Position numbers and translations under genes: made by a program
Part shown: positions 62,944 to 64,000 of the stretch, in pieces
How the letters are laid out: each line of letters begins with the position of its first letter
Numbering within the stretch: the stretch's first letter is position 1
Source of the DNA: an uncultured Actinomycetes bacterium
Lineage (GTDB): Bacteria; Actinomycetota; Thermoleophilia; Gaiellales; Gaiellaceae
Assembly (NCBI GenBank): GCA_963839425.1
Contig: CAWIUX010000005.1
Span: 258,991 to 322,990, forward strand
DNA length: 64,000 nucleotides
Reading direction: 5' to 3'
The notes under the pieces: generated by a model
Databases searched by the model: none
What the model saw: the letters and a program-made list of their open reading frames with translations, nothing else
Told to the model about the DNA's origin: nothing

Positions 62944-64000
62944 ATGGGGCCGATGGACGTCTGTCCCGCGTGCGGTGTCACGCTCCCAGAGGGCGCTCGC
63001 TTCTGCCCGGCCTGCGGCGCTCCGCTCGGCGAGGGTTCGCCGCCGCCCGGCGAGGAGCGCAAGCTCGCCACCGTCCTCTTCGCCGACCTCGTCGGCTCGA
63101 CCGCGCTCGGCGAGCGCTCCGATCCCGAGCGGACGCGTGCCCTGCTCGAGCGCTTCTACGACGCCATGGCGGCGGAGATCGAGCTCGCGGGCGGTACCGT
63201 CGAGAAGTTCGCCGGCGACGCCGTGATGGCCGCCTTCGGCGCTCCCGCCGCGCTCGAGGACCACGCCGAGCGGGCCCTCCACTCCGCCCTCGCCATGCAG
63301 CGCCGGCTCGCCGAGCTCTTCGGCTCGGAGCTCCAGCTGCGAATCGGCGTCAACACCGGGGAGGTCGTCGTTGGACGGCCGCGCGAGGGCTGCTCGTTCG
63401 TCACCGGCGACGCGGTCAACGTCGCCGCGCGCCTGGAGCAGGCCGCAGCTCCGGGGGAGATCGTCGCCGGCGAGCGCACCGCAGCCGCCGTCGCGGGGCG
63501 CCTTCGAGCTCTCGGAGCCGTTGCCCGTGGAGGCGAAGGGGAAGCCGGAAGGCGTGACCGGACGGCGGGTCGTCAGGGCGCTGACCTTGATGCGTCCGCG
63601 CGGCGTCGGCGGCCTGCGGTCGGCCTTCGTCGGCCGCGAGAGCGAGCTCGAGCTGCTGCAGGCGACCTACCGGCGCGCGGTCGAGCAGGGCGAGCCCCAC
63701 CTCGTCACGCTCATGGGCGACGCGGGCGTCGGGAAGACCCGCCTCGTCCGCGAGCTCTGGCGCTGGCTCGCCGAGCAGTCGCCCCAGCCGCTCCAGCGCA
63801 CGGGCCGCTGCCTCCCGTACGGCACGGCGCCGCCTACTGGGCCCTCGGCGAGGTGCTCAAGGAGCACCTCGGCATCCTCGAGAGCGATACACCCGAGACC
63901 GCCCTGCGACCGCCTCGGGACCGCGCGAGATCCTCGGGCTCGCGCTCGGCCTCGACGTCGCCGGCGACCTCCACCCGCTCGCGGCGCGCGAGCGGCTGCA
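62944..64000 (+). pseudogene. Zinc-ribbon + class III adenylate/guanylate cyclase + AAA(P-loop) large regulator (3' end outside the window), at least 3 frame switches after 63495
   Basis: CPACG..FCPACG zinc ribbon. Cyclase motifs ATVLFADLVGST...KFAGDAVMAAFG...RIGVNTGEVV. P-loop LMGDAGVGKTRL is recovered in another frame. Confidence 0.7.

Overview
This is a 64-kb window of a very GC-rich, actinobacterial-type chromosome. Taxon is not determinable from here.

Core content, in order:
- polX (5' partial), a PLP decarboxylase, a GNAT acetyltransferase, ybjQ, an MFS pump, a split TauE/SafE pair, a ZIP transporter and an M23 peptidase.
- An rmlA-C-D-B dTDP-rhamnose operon, then SpoIID/LytB and an S8 protease.
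- A wbpI/A/B/D-like UDP-sugar operon.
- A caa3-type cytochrome oxidase operon (ctaC-ctaD-X-ctaE-X), a cytochrome c, a STAS protein, an amidohydrolase and tatAC.
- sufC-sufB-sufD, then about 9 kb later sufS-sufU-Rieske.
- ettA, a P-type ATPase, an SDR, dcd, pdxH, gabT and a cyclase/AAA regulator (3' partial).

Accessory or unusual content:
1. An 11.7-kb xylo-oligosaccharide utilisation island lies between an intact tRNA-Lys(CUU) and a 36-bp copy of that tRNA's 3' end. It has no integrase, and every gene in it is frame-disrupted.
2. sufB carries a roughly 380-codon LAGLIDADG intein.
3. A patatin-like phospholipase gene sits between two 320-bp direct repeats of the sufD 3' end. The repeats differ at 5 positions, all synonymous.
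4. A degenerate vapBC pair is present.
5. Three copies of a USP-like module are translationally coupled into the cta operon.
6. There is a roughly 220-nt structured intergenic RNA candidate with an intrinsic terminator.
7. A 163-bp element with inverted-repeat ends fills one convergent intergenic gap.
8. Two related AT-cored perfect palindromes lie 81 bp apart.

Single-base frame disruptions are strongly clustered. Long clean blocks alternate with heavily disrupted blocks. This may reflect consensus errors in strain-variable regions rather than true decay. All 'pseudogene' calls below carry that caveat.
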